From Vicugna vicugna (taxonomy: Eukaryota): a stretch of DNA of 39,007 nucleotides. Under the pieces are notes generated by a model. That model ran no database searches. It saw nothing but the letters and a program-made list of their open reading frames with translations, and was not told the origin of the DNA. This document shows positions 16,088 to 26,902 of the stretch, piece by piece. The stretch's first letter is position 1; each line of letters begins with the position of its first letter. Where the stretch lies: positions 185,782-224,788 of the forward strand of contig MU057584.1 of NCBI GenBank assembly GCA_013265495.1, in the 5' to 3' direction. The position numbers and the translations under genes are program-made.

Positions 16088-16260
16088 GCCCTACTGATGA
16101 GCCTGGGGAACTATATTCAATATCTTGTAATAACCTATAATGAAAAAGAACATATATATATCTGAACCACTACGCTGTACACCAAAAACGAACACAACAT
16201 TGTAAATCAACTAAACTTCAATTTAAGAAAAAAAAAAAAGAAAGAATAGGAAAGAAAAAA
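16088..16260 (+). mobile_element. L1 3' end fragment
   Basis: gggaactatattcaatatcttgtaataacctataatgaaaaagaa...cattgtaaatcaact..acttcaat + A tail; same family as 1-572. Confidence 0.85.
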
Positions 16261-17090
16261 AGGGGTAACAGGAATAGAAACTGCAAAGGTAGAAATACCA
16301 GGACTAGATGAGTAAGTATGTGTGGGGATGAAAAGGAGGAGAAGTCAAACATGAGTCAGGGACTGAAGTTTGAGGAAAGTGAGTGAATGATGACATTTTC
16401 ATCCAGACAAAAGGGGGAGTAAAGTTTTGGAAGCTGCAGTGCTGGTCTCTGAGTATCAGAGCTGTGAACTGGTTTGGGTCCAAAGTCTGGCTCAGTCGCT
16501 TTGTAGCTCTACTGACTCTAGATGAACGACTAACCTGGAAAGAATTCTTTCTCTCTTACACACATTCACATGCATACATACTTGAATAAAGCTCCCAGTT
16601 CAATACGTGGCACAGAGAAAATCCTCAATAAACTATTATCATTGCTGTTATCCATTCATCCCCAGCACTGACCCAAAAGTACAGGCACCCACCCATTTAA
16701 CAAACGTACCTTCATGTCTAACTACATCTTGGATGCTATAACGAACACTGGGGATGCAGCAGGAAATAAGACGGGCAAAGTACTTGTTCTTACGGTGCTT
16801 CCATTCTCATGGGTAAACAAGTCTACAAAGAAGGTGACCTCTGATTACAAAAACGGCAAAGAAGAAGAGAAAACAAGCATGATACATTCTTGCTCACCAA
16901 CTAGCCTGGAACTTCCTTCAGATAGAACATGATGGCAAGTGTGGGAGGGCAACATTCAATCAGGTTGTCACGGACAGTGGCTGAGACCGGCATGAACATA
17001 AATCAGCTGTGCAAAGATCCAGGCTGAGGCGAGCACAGAGGCAAGTGCCTGTGCAAAGGCCCTGACTTCTGGTTAAAACATCTCCTGGCC

Positions 17091-17244
17091 GGTGGGGAGG
17101 GGATACCTCAGTGATAGGATGCATCCTTAGCAAGAGCAAGGTCCTGGGTTCAATTTCCAGTGCCTCCATTAAAAAAAAAAAAAAAAAGAAAAAAAACCTA
17201 ACTACCCCACCCCCCCCTCCCCGCCTCAAAAAAGAAAAAAAAAA
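17091..17244 (+). mobile_element. tRNA-derived camelid-type SINE
   Basis: ggtcctgggttcaatttccagtgcctcca B-box region; TSD atctcctggcc at 17080-17090 and 17245-17255. Confidence 0.88.
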
Positions 17245-17781
17245 ATCTCCTGGCCAAGTGACATTCCTTAAGCTTCTTAACCTTTCTGAACCTTGGTTAT
17301 TCTTGCCTGTAACAGGGGACTCATATTATCTGACGTGCAAAGTTGCTGAGCAAATTAAATATATTTACTCATTCTAATATTTATTGATAGGTTACAGATG
17401 CTAAGCACTATTTCAGGCATCAGGGATACAGCAGTGAAAGCTCTCAATATAGAAACTGGCATATAATAAGCAGTTAATTAATGCATATCATTATAGCTAC
17501 CATCAGGATCTCTTTCCTGTATTTTGCACAGGACTGAAACAATATAAGCCAGAGTGATTTACTGACCACTACTAGAAGCCAGGGAGAGAAGACACTAAAT
17601 AGACACCAGGGATTTCCTCAGTCTTAGAAGAAACCCATTTCTAGGCAGAGGCAGCTGTAGCTGAGAAGCCTGAATAGACATTTGTCAAAACCACGGGATG
17701 AAGAATGAGGTCAGGGAAGCAAACCTCTGGGAAGAGAGCTGGCACTGCCATAAAACCACAAGAAGCCAAAGTTCTACTCAC

Positions 17782-17857
17782 CTGCAGCTCTAACGTCAAG
17801 AGACCTTCCCTTTCTATGCAGTTCCTTTCAGCAAGGAGCAGTCCCAAGAAGCCAATG
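17782..17857 (-). other. ZNF229: Probable ZNF229 non-coding 5'UTR exon (76 bp)
   Basis: Strong sites: gtttttctttcacag|C ... CTGCAG|gtgagt, between promoter and start exon. Confidence 0.6.
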
Positions 17858-18429
17858 CTGTGAAAGAAAAACGAGCCGTGAGATAACATGATTTTATCGC
17901 AATTCCCGACACCACAGGGAGATACCTGTCAGCGCCAGCTGGAAGTATTGTACCCCTTCCTTTAATTTACCCTTCCTGCCCTACTATTTCCTTCAGGAGT
18001 CCTGGAAGGAGACCTCTCTCCCTACAGGACTCAGAAAGAAGGACCCGCACCAGTCGCTTTGGGCGCTGACTACAGTGAGCTACGCTCACTGCAGCTCCCA
18101 GGAGACGAGGAGAATCAGGACAGTCCCAAGACGGGAATTCAGAGCCGTGATGTGCACCTTCTAGGTGACATTGAGAGTGGCATTCAACCAGTGTGTGCCT
18201 CAGACGCTACCAAAAGCACAGCCAGCAACACCACCTCAGCAAAACCTCGCTGACAGCTCGTACGGTGCTTAAAAATTCTCAGAGGAAAACATACAGAACA
18301 GGAAGCTCCCAACTTCTACAGCTTTTTACAGAGATGCCTTCACAGACAGGAAACTGAAGTTAGTACAGAAGTGGGAGGGGAGTTACTGTGATAGAATCCA
18401 AAAAATCAAGTCACGACTGCCTGGATTGG

Positions 18430-18930
18430 GTCTCTCAAACACGAGATGCCCGTCGTAAAGCCGGAGCTGCGGGCCTTCGAGTGCTCCTTCCGATCCCGGG
18501 GGTGCCAAGGATTGCCCGCCCGGGCCCACCCCAGATCCCAACCCAGGATGCTCGGGGATCTGCCTCCTCAAACCTGTCCTCCGCCAAACCGAGCTCGTTG
18601 AAATCTCCCGGTTCCGACCCTCCGTCATACGCTGCTCTTTCATCCTCAGGTCCCAGACATCTGGCCCCCATGCCTGCGGCCGGAACGAAGCCCTCCAAAA
18701 ATACTCGGGGCTTTTTGGACCGTCGCAAAAGAGGCGACGGCAATTGTGCCCTGGCCGGAAGCGGAAGTGGGTGACTCTAACGTGTCCGGACTACAGTTCC
18801 CAGAACCCTCTGCGAAGCGCGGTCTTATTTTGGATCCCCCGTAGTGATGGAAGTAAGCGCCAAGCTGGAGCCTTGGCAGAAACCTGGCGGAGGGCGGGGG
18901 AGCACGGGTATCCCGAAAGGGCACGGCATG
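18430..18930 (-). promoter_or_regulatory. ZNF229: CpG-island promoter / exon 1 of ZNF229
   Basis: CpG-dense; tandem ETS/GABP ccggaagcggaagtg 18755-18769; ZNF143/SBS-type gactacagttcccagaaccct 18789-18809; candidate donor CAG|gtttga at 18574/18573. Confidence 0.75.
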
Positions 18931-19057
18931 TTCTGGCACTCAGCTTTCAGGCACCGCTATACTCTCCTTTCCTTAAAAAAAAAAAAATTTCTTAGTACTA
19001 ACATGGTCATGTTGTAGAAAGTCTGACAATGTTCTCAAATCCATAATCCCTCACAGA

Positions 19058-19188
19058 GGGGAGGGGAGAGCTCAGTGGTAGAACGTGTACTTAGCATACA
19101 ATAAGGCCCTGGGTTCAATCCCCAGTACCTCCATTAAATACATAAGTAAGCCTAATTACTTCCTCCAAAACAAACGATAAAAACAAAC
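19058..19188 (+). mobile_element. tRNA-derived camelid-type SINE
   Basis: agctcagtggtagaacgtgtacttagcat...ctgggttcaatccccagtacctcca; TSD ataatccctcacaga (19043-19057) / acaatgcctcacaga (19189-19203). Confidence 0.88.
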
Positions 19189-19231
19189 ACAATGCCTCAC
19201 AGAAGATATAAGGCATTATTGATGTGTTGGT

Positions 19232-19495
19232 GTAAATTTTATATATGTAAATTTACATTTTATATACATTATAAATTTATAAAATTTACAATTTATATAT
19301 AAATATATATAAGCTATACATAGTATATAAACTACATATATATAGTGGATTTGTATATATAGTGTATTTGCGTATATATTGTATACATTGTATATAGTGG
19401 ATTTGTATATATATATATACACAAATATATATAAAATACAAATACAAATATATGTAATAAATGTATATACACAAATATATTATATATATTATTTA
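19232..19495. repeat. AT-rich / (TA)n low-complexity tract
   Basis: Degenerate TA repeats with tatatagtggatttgtatatata occurring twice. Confidence 0.85.
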
Positions 19496-21142
19496 TTCCA
19501 AAAGTAATGCATGGCCAATATTAAGCAAAGTAAGCAAAAGAAGAAAAAGAATGTTAAGCAAGAAAAAAGGGGAGAACATGTAAGAAAAAAAGGACGAAAT
19601 TGAAGTCCTCTGTAATCCTAGCACTTAAAAACAATGATCAATATCTTGGCCTGTTTACTTCCTGATCTTCTGTGTGAGAAGAATTTTAAATAATATTTAA
19701 AATTTTTTCTCCCCAGAAAACTGCTATCATAATATTTTGGAACTATTTTTTTTTCTCCCACTTTATGTCTCATGGCTAGCTTTTTCCATGTTACTAAATA
19801 ATGAAATCATTTATGTGGTTGCTTAGGATTTTTTAGTTATAGATGCCACAACCTTGTCCGCCAATATAGTTAACGGTTCCAATCTTAGTGTATCAAAACT
19901 AGATAATAACTTTCTTGAATTTTTCCCAATTTGATAAGCAAAACATACTGTCTCTTTACGGAGATGTTCAATAGGTAATGATATATAAGTGGTGAGTGAA
20001 TTGCCTATTTACATCCTTTGCCCAGTTTTCAGAACTGATTTGAAATGTTACCATGTCAAATGCTAATTATATAGCTCATGCTCAAATGTGCGTTCTGCAG
20101 GCTCTGTTTTCTTCTAGGGGTTATTCCAGCTGTTTGGAAGTTTTAAGTTGTTTCTTTTTTTCTGTTTTGTTTTCCCCATAGGTTTATCCCACTTTCATCT
20201 TAACTACATTTCTACTGATTTCTTAATACTCAATTATTTTTCATTCCATTTCCCAGTTTGAGTTCTATCATTCATGTGTCGGTTATATTTTGCTATTGTG
20301 ATAACAAGAGTTTAAGGTTATGCAAACTCCCAAAGATTTCTGCAAACTATAAAATTTAATATTTCATGTTTAGATCACTGCTTTCCTCTACCCTAACTGA
20401 ACAGCTTTTAATTGTGGGTTTAAATTCCCTTATAAACCATGATTAAAGAGTAAGAGATTTTATTCTCACAAGTGATAGTTGTAATTAGTTTCTGTTTTAG
20501 CTTCTTGACATGTAAAAATTTTATCTGAATGATTTCTGTGTTGTTGTATGTATATATACATATATATGTATGTGTATGTTGCAATTTGAGATTTTGTTTT
20601 CTCATTTCTTTTTTTGGTCACAGATAGTAGGTCACAATCCAATCTGCTTATTTGAATTTCCAGAGAAATCAAACGTGTATTTCCAGCCCAACATTCTACT
20701 CTTAACCTACTAAATCATGAATCTAGGCTAGGGCTCAGGAAATAGCATCATTTTAGACAGTCCAGGAAAATTTGAAATTAGCTGTTTTGGGAAGCTCTGG
20801 TCTGTACATAAGCCCAAACTGTAAATGAGCCATATGTATTTCAATATAAGGTATCACCTGCTGAAGCTCTACCATTTTATCCATTATGTTATTGTATGAA
20901 GACGACTCAATATGTGGGTCAGTTCCTATGTGTATTTAATTTTTCTACTGAATGCAAGAGGTGTGGTTCCCCCATTTCCTCTGTATCACTAGCCATCCAT
21001 GACTTTTTTTTATCATATTTATATAAGCATGATGGTTGGTACTTTTTTAAAGTAAACATTGATTTCCTTTTCCTATTTAGTGCTCTTGACTTGAAATTTT
21101 TTTGGTTGGGGCTGCCTATTGATTGACTGATTGATTGATTTA

Positions 21143-21541
21143 ACCAGCTTTATTGAGATATAATTGACAACATTGTGTAAATTTAAGGTATAAAACATGA
21201 TAATTTGGTATATGTCTATACTGTGATATACAAGGTTAGCGAACACATCTATCATCTCATATAGTTACCCTGCTTTTTGTGATGAGAATATTTAAGACTT
21301 CCTGTCTTAGCATATTTCAAGTATACACTACAATATTGTTAACTTTAGTCACCCTGCTATATACATTAAAGCCCCAGAACTTATTTATCTTGTAACTGAA
21401 AGTTTGTCCTCTTTGGACAATATCTTTCCGTTTCCCTCATCCCCTAACCCCTGACAACCGCCAATCTATTCTGTTTCTATGAGTTCCATTTTTTAGACTT
21501 CACATGCAAGTGAGGTCATGCAACATTTGTCTTTCCCTGTC
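21143..21541 (-). mobile_element. L1MA-type 3' end
   Basis: cagctttattgagatataattgaca...ccccagaacttatttatcttgtaactgaaagtttgt...agtgaggtcatgcaacatttgtcttt. Confidence 0.85.
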
Positions 21542-21575
21542 TTTGTATTTGCTCTAAGTAAACATGGTCACCTTT

Positions 21576-21874
21576 CATTTACTTATTGATGTGTAGTTGA
21601 TTTCTAATGTTGTGTTAGTTTCTGATGTACAGCATAATGACTCAGTTATATACACACACATTTTTAATATTCTTTTTCATTATAGGTTATTACAAGATAC
21701 TGAATACAATTTCCTCTTCTATACAGTAGGACTTTGTTGTTTATCTGTTTTATATATAGTCATTTATATCTGCTAATCCCAAACTCCTAATTTATCCCTC
21801 CCCTGTCCCCTGTGGTAACCATAAGTTTGCTTTCTAAGTCTGTGAATCTGTTTCTGTTTTGTAAATAACTTCAT
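21576..21874 (-). mobile_element. 5'-truncated artiodactyl-type L1 3' end
   Basis: Reverse complement of the family at 1-572; exact 12-bp TSD atggtcaccttt at 21564-21575 and 21875-21886. Confidence 0.88.
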
Positions 21875-22000
21875 ATGGTCACCTTTTAAAAATCCTGAAT
21901 GACTAAAAATAAATGTCTGAACTCCTTGCTGAAATCCCTCACAGAGGACTTCTCACCCTCCTGTATATACTTGATTGCCTGGAAAAAGAACCTGAGACAT

Positions 22001-22535
22001 CATTAGCGATTTCTGTGGAAGGTAGCCTAACAAAAGACCACCAACTTAGTGGCTTAAAACAACTACTTCTTTATGCTCAGGGGTTCTCTGGGTCAGGAAT
22101 TTAGAAAGGACACAACAGGGATGGCTTTTCTCTGTTCTGTGATGTCCGGAGCCTCAGCTGGGAAGACCCACAGGCTGGTGGCAACTTGACAGCTGGGGAG
22201 TGGAATCACAAGACTGGAAGTTGATGGCAATGGTCGGCTGGGACCTCAGCTGGGGCTGTCAACTCCAATACCTACACACGGCCTTTCCATGTGGTTTCCT
22301 GGGCTGCTTCACAGCAGCGTAGCTGTGCTCCAAGTGTGAGCACCGCAGGAGAACAAGGGAAAGCTGCATCACTTTCTATGACTTAGCATCAAAAGTCACA
22401 TATAGTGTCGCTGTCATCGTCACAAGCCTGCTCATGCTCAAGGACAAAGAAGATCAATCCCCTTCCCCCAACCTCTCAATGGAAGGAAAGTTAAAGTCAC
22501 ATTTTAAGAAAAGCATGTAATTTGAGAGGTGCTAT
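22001..22535 (-). mobile_element. MaLR LTR (MLT1-type, probably MLT1F-like)
   Basis: acttagtggcttaaaacaac...tgggtcaggaattt...gcctcagctgggaagac...ggctgggacctcagctggggctgtc...aagtcaca. Confidence 0.75.
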
Positions 22536-22619
22536 GTTAGTTCCTGGGGCACAGGGACCTGGTCTGGTATTGCCATCTAAGACCTGACAGGGCACCTGGT
22601 TTGGGCCAGGAGCCACTCT

Positions 22620-22890
22620 GAGAACAGGACAATTTCTTCTACACCATTATCCCATAGGGGACCTAAGTGCAAACAGCCAGTAGTATGGGTTTGACAAAAT
22701 TAAAGAAATCCAACAAAAAATAAATAAAGACCCCTCTGAATTTTTGGAAAGGATTTATCAGGTTTATAGCAGATCCCAAGGTCCCTGAAAATGCTAGAAT
22801 GCTAAATATGAGAAAACTGCAAAAATTAGATGATGTATTTGGAATAAACCCTTCACAATTGGTAGGTGTTGCTTTTAACATAACAGGGAA
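22620..22890 (+). pseudogene. gag: ERV gag capsid remnant
   Basis: KIKEIQQKINKDPSEFLERIYQVY (major-homology-region-like), then ADPKVPENARMLNM/RKLQKLDDVFGINPSQLVGVAF..NRE. Confidence 0.8.
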
Positions 22891-23805
22891 ACACTCATTC
22901 TAGAAACTCATCACTTTACCCAAGATTGTCCTTATATCCATCACCACCTCACTCAGCTCATGTTTTGGCTTCCTTGATCCTACACTGTCCCTCTTTGTTT
23001 TAGAGAAGTTTACCAGCTGGATATGTGGGACTGACTCATGTTTGGCAGTATCCTATGCCAGTTCTTCACCACCACTGGGCCTACTCAGTGGTAAAATGCC
23101 ACATCTCAAGAAATGGTTTCTGAGTTTTGGAAACTCCCTCACATCAGAGTGCTGCATGTTCTTAGAGCCTGTCCCAGTCTTGCACATTAAGAGGTGATGG
23201 CCCTCCAGAAGGTGAGACACCCAGGCGGCTTTCAAGAGAACAGATTTTTGTATTGATATCAGCAGCTTCCATTAAGTTAGGTTCCACGATGTGCTATTCT
23301 AGTCTTGGACCCTTTTTTCCCAAGGAGCCTGAAAAGAAAGGAACCAGCAGTACAGTTATTGGTATGATCGCTGGATGTTGTGCTTTGTCGGACTTGGGGG
23401 CACCTTTGGTTTTTGGAAAAAATCATGTACATATTGGAGCACAATTTGTTCGTAATAAGAAAGTTTGTCTCAGGAGGAATTACAGTTCTCTTTGGTGTAT
23501 GGGAACAAGGCTTAAAAGAACCAGTGTTTATTGCTATGCGTTCTCTAATGAGAATAGCTGGAGCAGTTAAGTTTTGCTGCAGCAATGACTGCATCTTCTA
23601 TCCTTACAAAGACATGTCCAAATGATGTGGCGACAGTATTGGGAAGTCTTGACACTTTTTCTGGACTGGGACTAATGCTAGGGCTTCCTTTTGGTGACTT
23701 CTTGTACCAATCCTTTGCCTATGTAGTGCCTTTTATTTTTCTGGGATACATAGTTCTACCATCAACATGTGCATTTTACATAATTATGAGTCTGATCCAG
23801 GAAAA
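22884..23805 (+). pseudogene. SLC18B1: Intronless, circularly permuted SLC18B1 (MFS transporter) retrocopy; candidate circRNA-derived pseudogene
   Basis: 22884-23193: KHSF*KLITLPK..SLSSCFGFLDPTLSLFVLEKF..GLLSGKMPHLKKWFLSFGN..PVPVLHIK (~aa 224-330); 23194-23805: GDGP..GETPRRLSREQIFVLISAAS..LGPFFPKE..VATVLGSLDTFSGLGL..NYESDPG (~aa 15-225); stops and frameshifts present. Confidence 0.9.
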
Positions 23806-23861
23806 TAATTAAAAAGGTGGGAGCCTCTCATATGGTAAAAAGAGAGGAATACTCTGATAAA

Positions 23862-23954
23862 TGAAGAGGCTCAGGGGCTCCCTTGGACTTGAGGCCCCCA
23901 ATTCCAGTTTCCCCACAGGAGCCCCGGGTAACTTTGACAGTGGGGGGGGGCCAA
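23862..23954 (+). pseudogene. pro: ERV gag stop and protease N-terminus
   Basis: TGA (23862-23864) followed in frame by RGSGAPLDLRPPIPVSPQEPRVTLTVGGGQ; breaks off just before the expected FLVDTGA active site. Confidence 0.8.
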
Positions 23955-25215
23955 TGGTATGAGAATCCAAAAAAGGCTGCCTCTTTGGTATTTCAACTGG
24001 TATTGAGTAGTACTATTAACTCTTTGGGAAAAAATAGCCAAAATAAAGCTTTGTCAAATTTATTAGTACTGTCTCTGGTCCTTGAAACACTTGAATAATT
24101 GTGATGCTATTTAAGGAAAATAAAGTTAAATTTCAGGTCTTGCCATTAAGAACAAAGTAGATAGGAGACTTGGCTTTACCTGGGTGTGTACTTGAATATT
24201 CTGCACCCGAGGCGTCTGACCTCTGTCACTGTGGCAAACTCAGGAGCAGCTGCAGCGAGTGGTTACTCCGCATGCACCGCTTAGTTTAGTTTCATGTTTG
24301 CATATGGATGGTTTTTAAAAGTCCTTTTACATATTTAGTAACTATAATGCGTCACAAGTTAATTTAACTGTAAGTTTAGTTTAAATCAAATATGCAAAGT
24401 TTACTTGAGTTTTGAAAGCAAATTTTGACTGTTTACAGAATTGTTTAAATTACAGTTTCTCAGACACGTGAGCTTTCCTTTTGGGCCTTTTGCAGATGCA
24501 TGTTAAGGGCTTAGCGTTAGGATCTGCATATGTGGGGCACTGAAAAGACAAAGGACTTACAAATAAACTTTCGCTTATATTTTATTCCAAGACTGGCACT
24601 GCTGTCAATGGAAAGTATTTTTAACTAATCTGTTATTGAGAAATTAATCATATTTTTGCATTTCAGCCAAAATAAGGACCATAGCTAATATTCTGTAAGA
24701 TACAGTTAATCCGTAAACCTGAAATTCATGTTCCATATGATCTGAACAGTATTCTCCAACTTAAAATAAAAATGCAGTATTGATTCAGAAAAGTCTGTAT
24801 TTTTCTAACAACTTCACTTTATATTATTTTGTTGGGTTGCATAAAACAGGAATTATATTTGTTTTAAAAGCTTAAGAAAATTATTAGTTGAGTTTATTTT
24901 ATTTGTACATCATTGCACATGAGTCCATGCCACTTTTTTAAAAAGGTGGACACTATTTTAAAGTGATCTTTAATATGTTTTTTATATAAACAAACTTGAA
25001 ATAGTTTACTTGGTGGTCTTTGCTTATCAAGTCCCATAAGTCTTGTATTTGTTTCTCGTAAGTGGAACCCTGGACCATAACTTCATGTTAACTCTTTGCT
25101 TTGTCTTTTGGGTGGCCTAACATACATTAACATGAAGGATGAACATTTTAAAACTTTTTTTCAAGAAATTATAATAATGATTTACTTTATTAATAAAAAA
25201 GGAATCTTTTGTTGT
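23955..25215 (+). other. AT-rich non-viral insert resembling a cellular mRNA 3'UTR
   Basis: No pol-like translation; T/A-rich; AATAAA at 25192-25197 near its right end; replaces the rest of PR, RT and RNaseH. Source not recognised. Confidence 0.5.
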
Positions 25216-25269
25216 GCTTTCATGAGCACTTACACAGGTTACATGTGCTATAGAAACACTGGACACAGT

Positions 25270-26028
25270 CCAAAGTGGTTAAAGCCCTCCTTAATGAAAT
25301 TGTCCCCCGAATTGGACTGCCTAGTACTCTTCAAAGTGATAACAGGCCTGCTTTTGTCTCTAGCATAACCCGACATGTGTCTAAAATATTGCAAATTAAC
25401 TGGAAACGACATTCATCCCAGAGACCACAATCAACAGGAAAAACCAAGAAAATAAATCATACGTTAAAAAAGAGTATTGCTAAAATATGTTGAGACTAAT
25501 TTAACTTGGGATAAAGGCCTTGCCAGTTGCCCTGCTACAGATCAGAGTGGCTCCTAGAAGCAGGCTTAAATTAAGCCCCTTTAAAATATCATATGGTAGG
25601 CCATTTCAGGCGTCCCCCAGGCAGGAGAATCTACAAATGCTCTTAAAGTCCTAGCAATTGCCAATTATGTTAAAACTTTGGGCACTCTACTAACCTCTGT
25701 TCATGAGTTTGCCTCCAACAGGTCTGCTTATCCAACTGAAGTAGCCTTACATCCCTTCCGACTTAGAGACTGAATCTTGTTTAAAATCTGGAGGGAACAA
25801 GGGCCTGAGCTTCAGCTGACTGTAAAGTGGACAGGACCACATGTGGTATTACTTACCTCGCACTCGTCTGTCAAGTTAGCTGGGGTAAAGCCATGGATTA
25901 ATCACATGTAGATTAAAGCAGCACCACCATCATTGGAATCAGAAAACAACCCGACTCCTGAGAGGCCTGGGGAACAGTGGTTTTGTGAACCCTTAGAAGA
26001 CTAAAGGTTATGCTTTAAAAAAAGATAA
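25270..26028 (+). pseudogene. pol: ERV integrase remnant
   Basis: VVKALLNEIVPRIGLPSTLQSDNRPAFVS..WKRHSSQRPQSTGK..NHTLK..LSPF..YGRPF..KWTGPHVVLL..VKPWINH..CEPLED. Confidence 0.9.
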
Positions 26029-26412
26029 CTATTGAGATTATAATTTCACTGTAGCTGAAAAAAGGTCAACCTATTTTGTTTAATCTTGTCTAAATGAATA
26101 GCACAGGAATCTAGTGTAATTATGTACAGTAAGAAAGTTAACATTAAAAGATATGTACTGGAAACTGGAACCAAAACTCCAAGTTCAACAAAGTACTATG
26201 GAGTCTTATTAGGTTGAAGTGGTTGTAAATAAAGAAAAAAAGAGAGAGAATAATACTATCGACTAAAGATTCTAAGAAATGTTCCCTGTACGAGGCTGAT
26301 CAATGCTATTCCATAATCACCCCTTCATTGCCCCTGCTCAGCAGGAAGTAGCCAGAGCGGCCATCACCCCTCTTCCCATAAGACTGTGGAATGGACATTG
26401 ACAGAGGTGAAT

Positions 26413-26902
26413 TGTAATAGGAAAGAGCAAACCTGACTCCATATTAGATCTGCTCTTTTGGCTTTAGCCCTATACCCCGTTTTCTAGACTTAGTCTTGCT
26501 AGCTCTGTACCTTTTGTAAAAGAATGTTGCCTACAGCCTGAAATATACAGGAGAGCCTATTCTCAAGGGGTATTAACACTTACGCATTCATATAAAGATA
26601 ACAAGTGCAGAATAGAAAATAACATTTGTTTTGTTGGAGGCTTATAGGGACCCATGTGGACACCTGCAAGAACAAAGAACTGCACCAAGAAGTTTGCAAA
26701 AACCAACCACACCCTCTCCCACTTTTAGTATAAAAGGAGCCTGAATTCTGACTTGGGGAAGATAGATCTCCAGGAGATGAGTCTGTCATCTCCCCTGTCT
26801 GCCGGCTTTCTGAATAAAGTCACTATTCCTTGTCCCAACACCTCATCTCCCAATTTATTGGCCTGTTGTGCAGCGAGCAGAATGAGTCTGGACTCAGTAA
26901 CA
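26413..26902 (+). mobile_element. ERV1 3' LTR (490 bp)
   Basis: TGTAA...TAACA termini; degenerate polypurine tract acagaggtgaat upstream; TATAAAA 26729-26735; AATAAA 26813-26818; ERV1 pre-LTR motif cagcaggaagtagccagagcgg at ~26339. Confidence 0.85.

Larger units (their letters stand above)
22540..26902 (+). mobile_element. Defective class I (gammaretrovirus-like) ERV: gag remnant - [SLC18B1 cDNA] - gag end/pro - [1.25-kb insert] - integrase - env remnant - 3' LTR; no 5' LTR seen
   Basis: Collinear gag, protease, integrase and LTR remnants, all on + strand (see sub-features). Confidence 0.85.

Noticed and set aside
18720..18740. 7-bp GC hairpin ccgtcgc/gcgacgg near the ZNF229 start
   Set aside because: Short stems are expected by chance in CpG islands; no further support
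18388..18995. Cluster of 80-130 aa ORFs on both strands
   Set aside because: CpG-island composition effect; no domain similarity recognised
11553..19188. Five tRNA-like sequences with A and B boxes
   Set aside because: They have A-rich tails, several have TSDs, and no acceptor stem is evident; they are tRNA-derived SINEs, not tRNA genes
22884..23805. L1 twin-priming as cause of the scrambled SLC18B1 order
   Set aside because: Twin priming gives an inverted 5' segment and a poly(A) tail; here both blocks are on the same strand with no poly(A)
23253..23812. Possible functional SLC18B1 paralogue or Gag-transporter fusion
   Set aside because: Multiple frameshifts and stops, no start exon, and a stop immediately after the permutation junction
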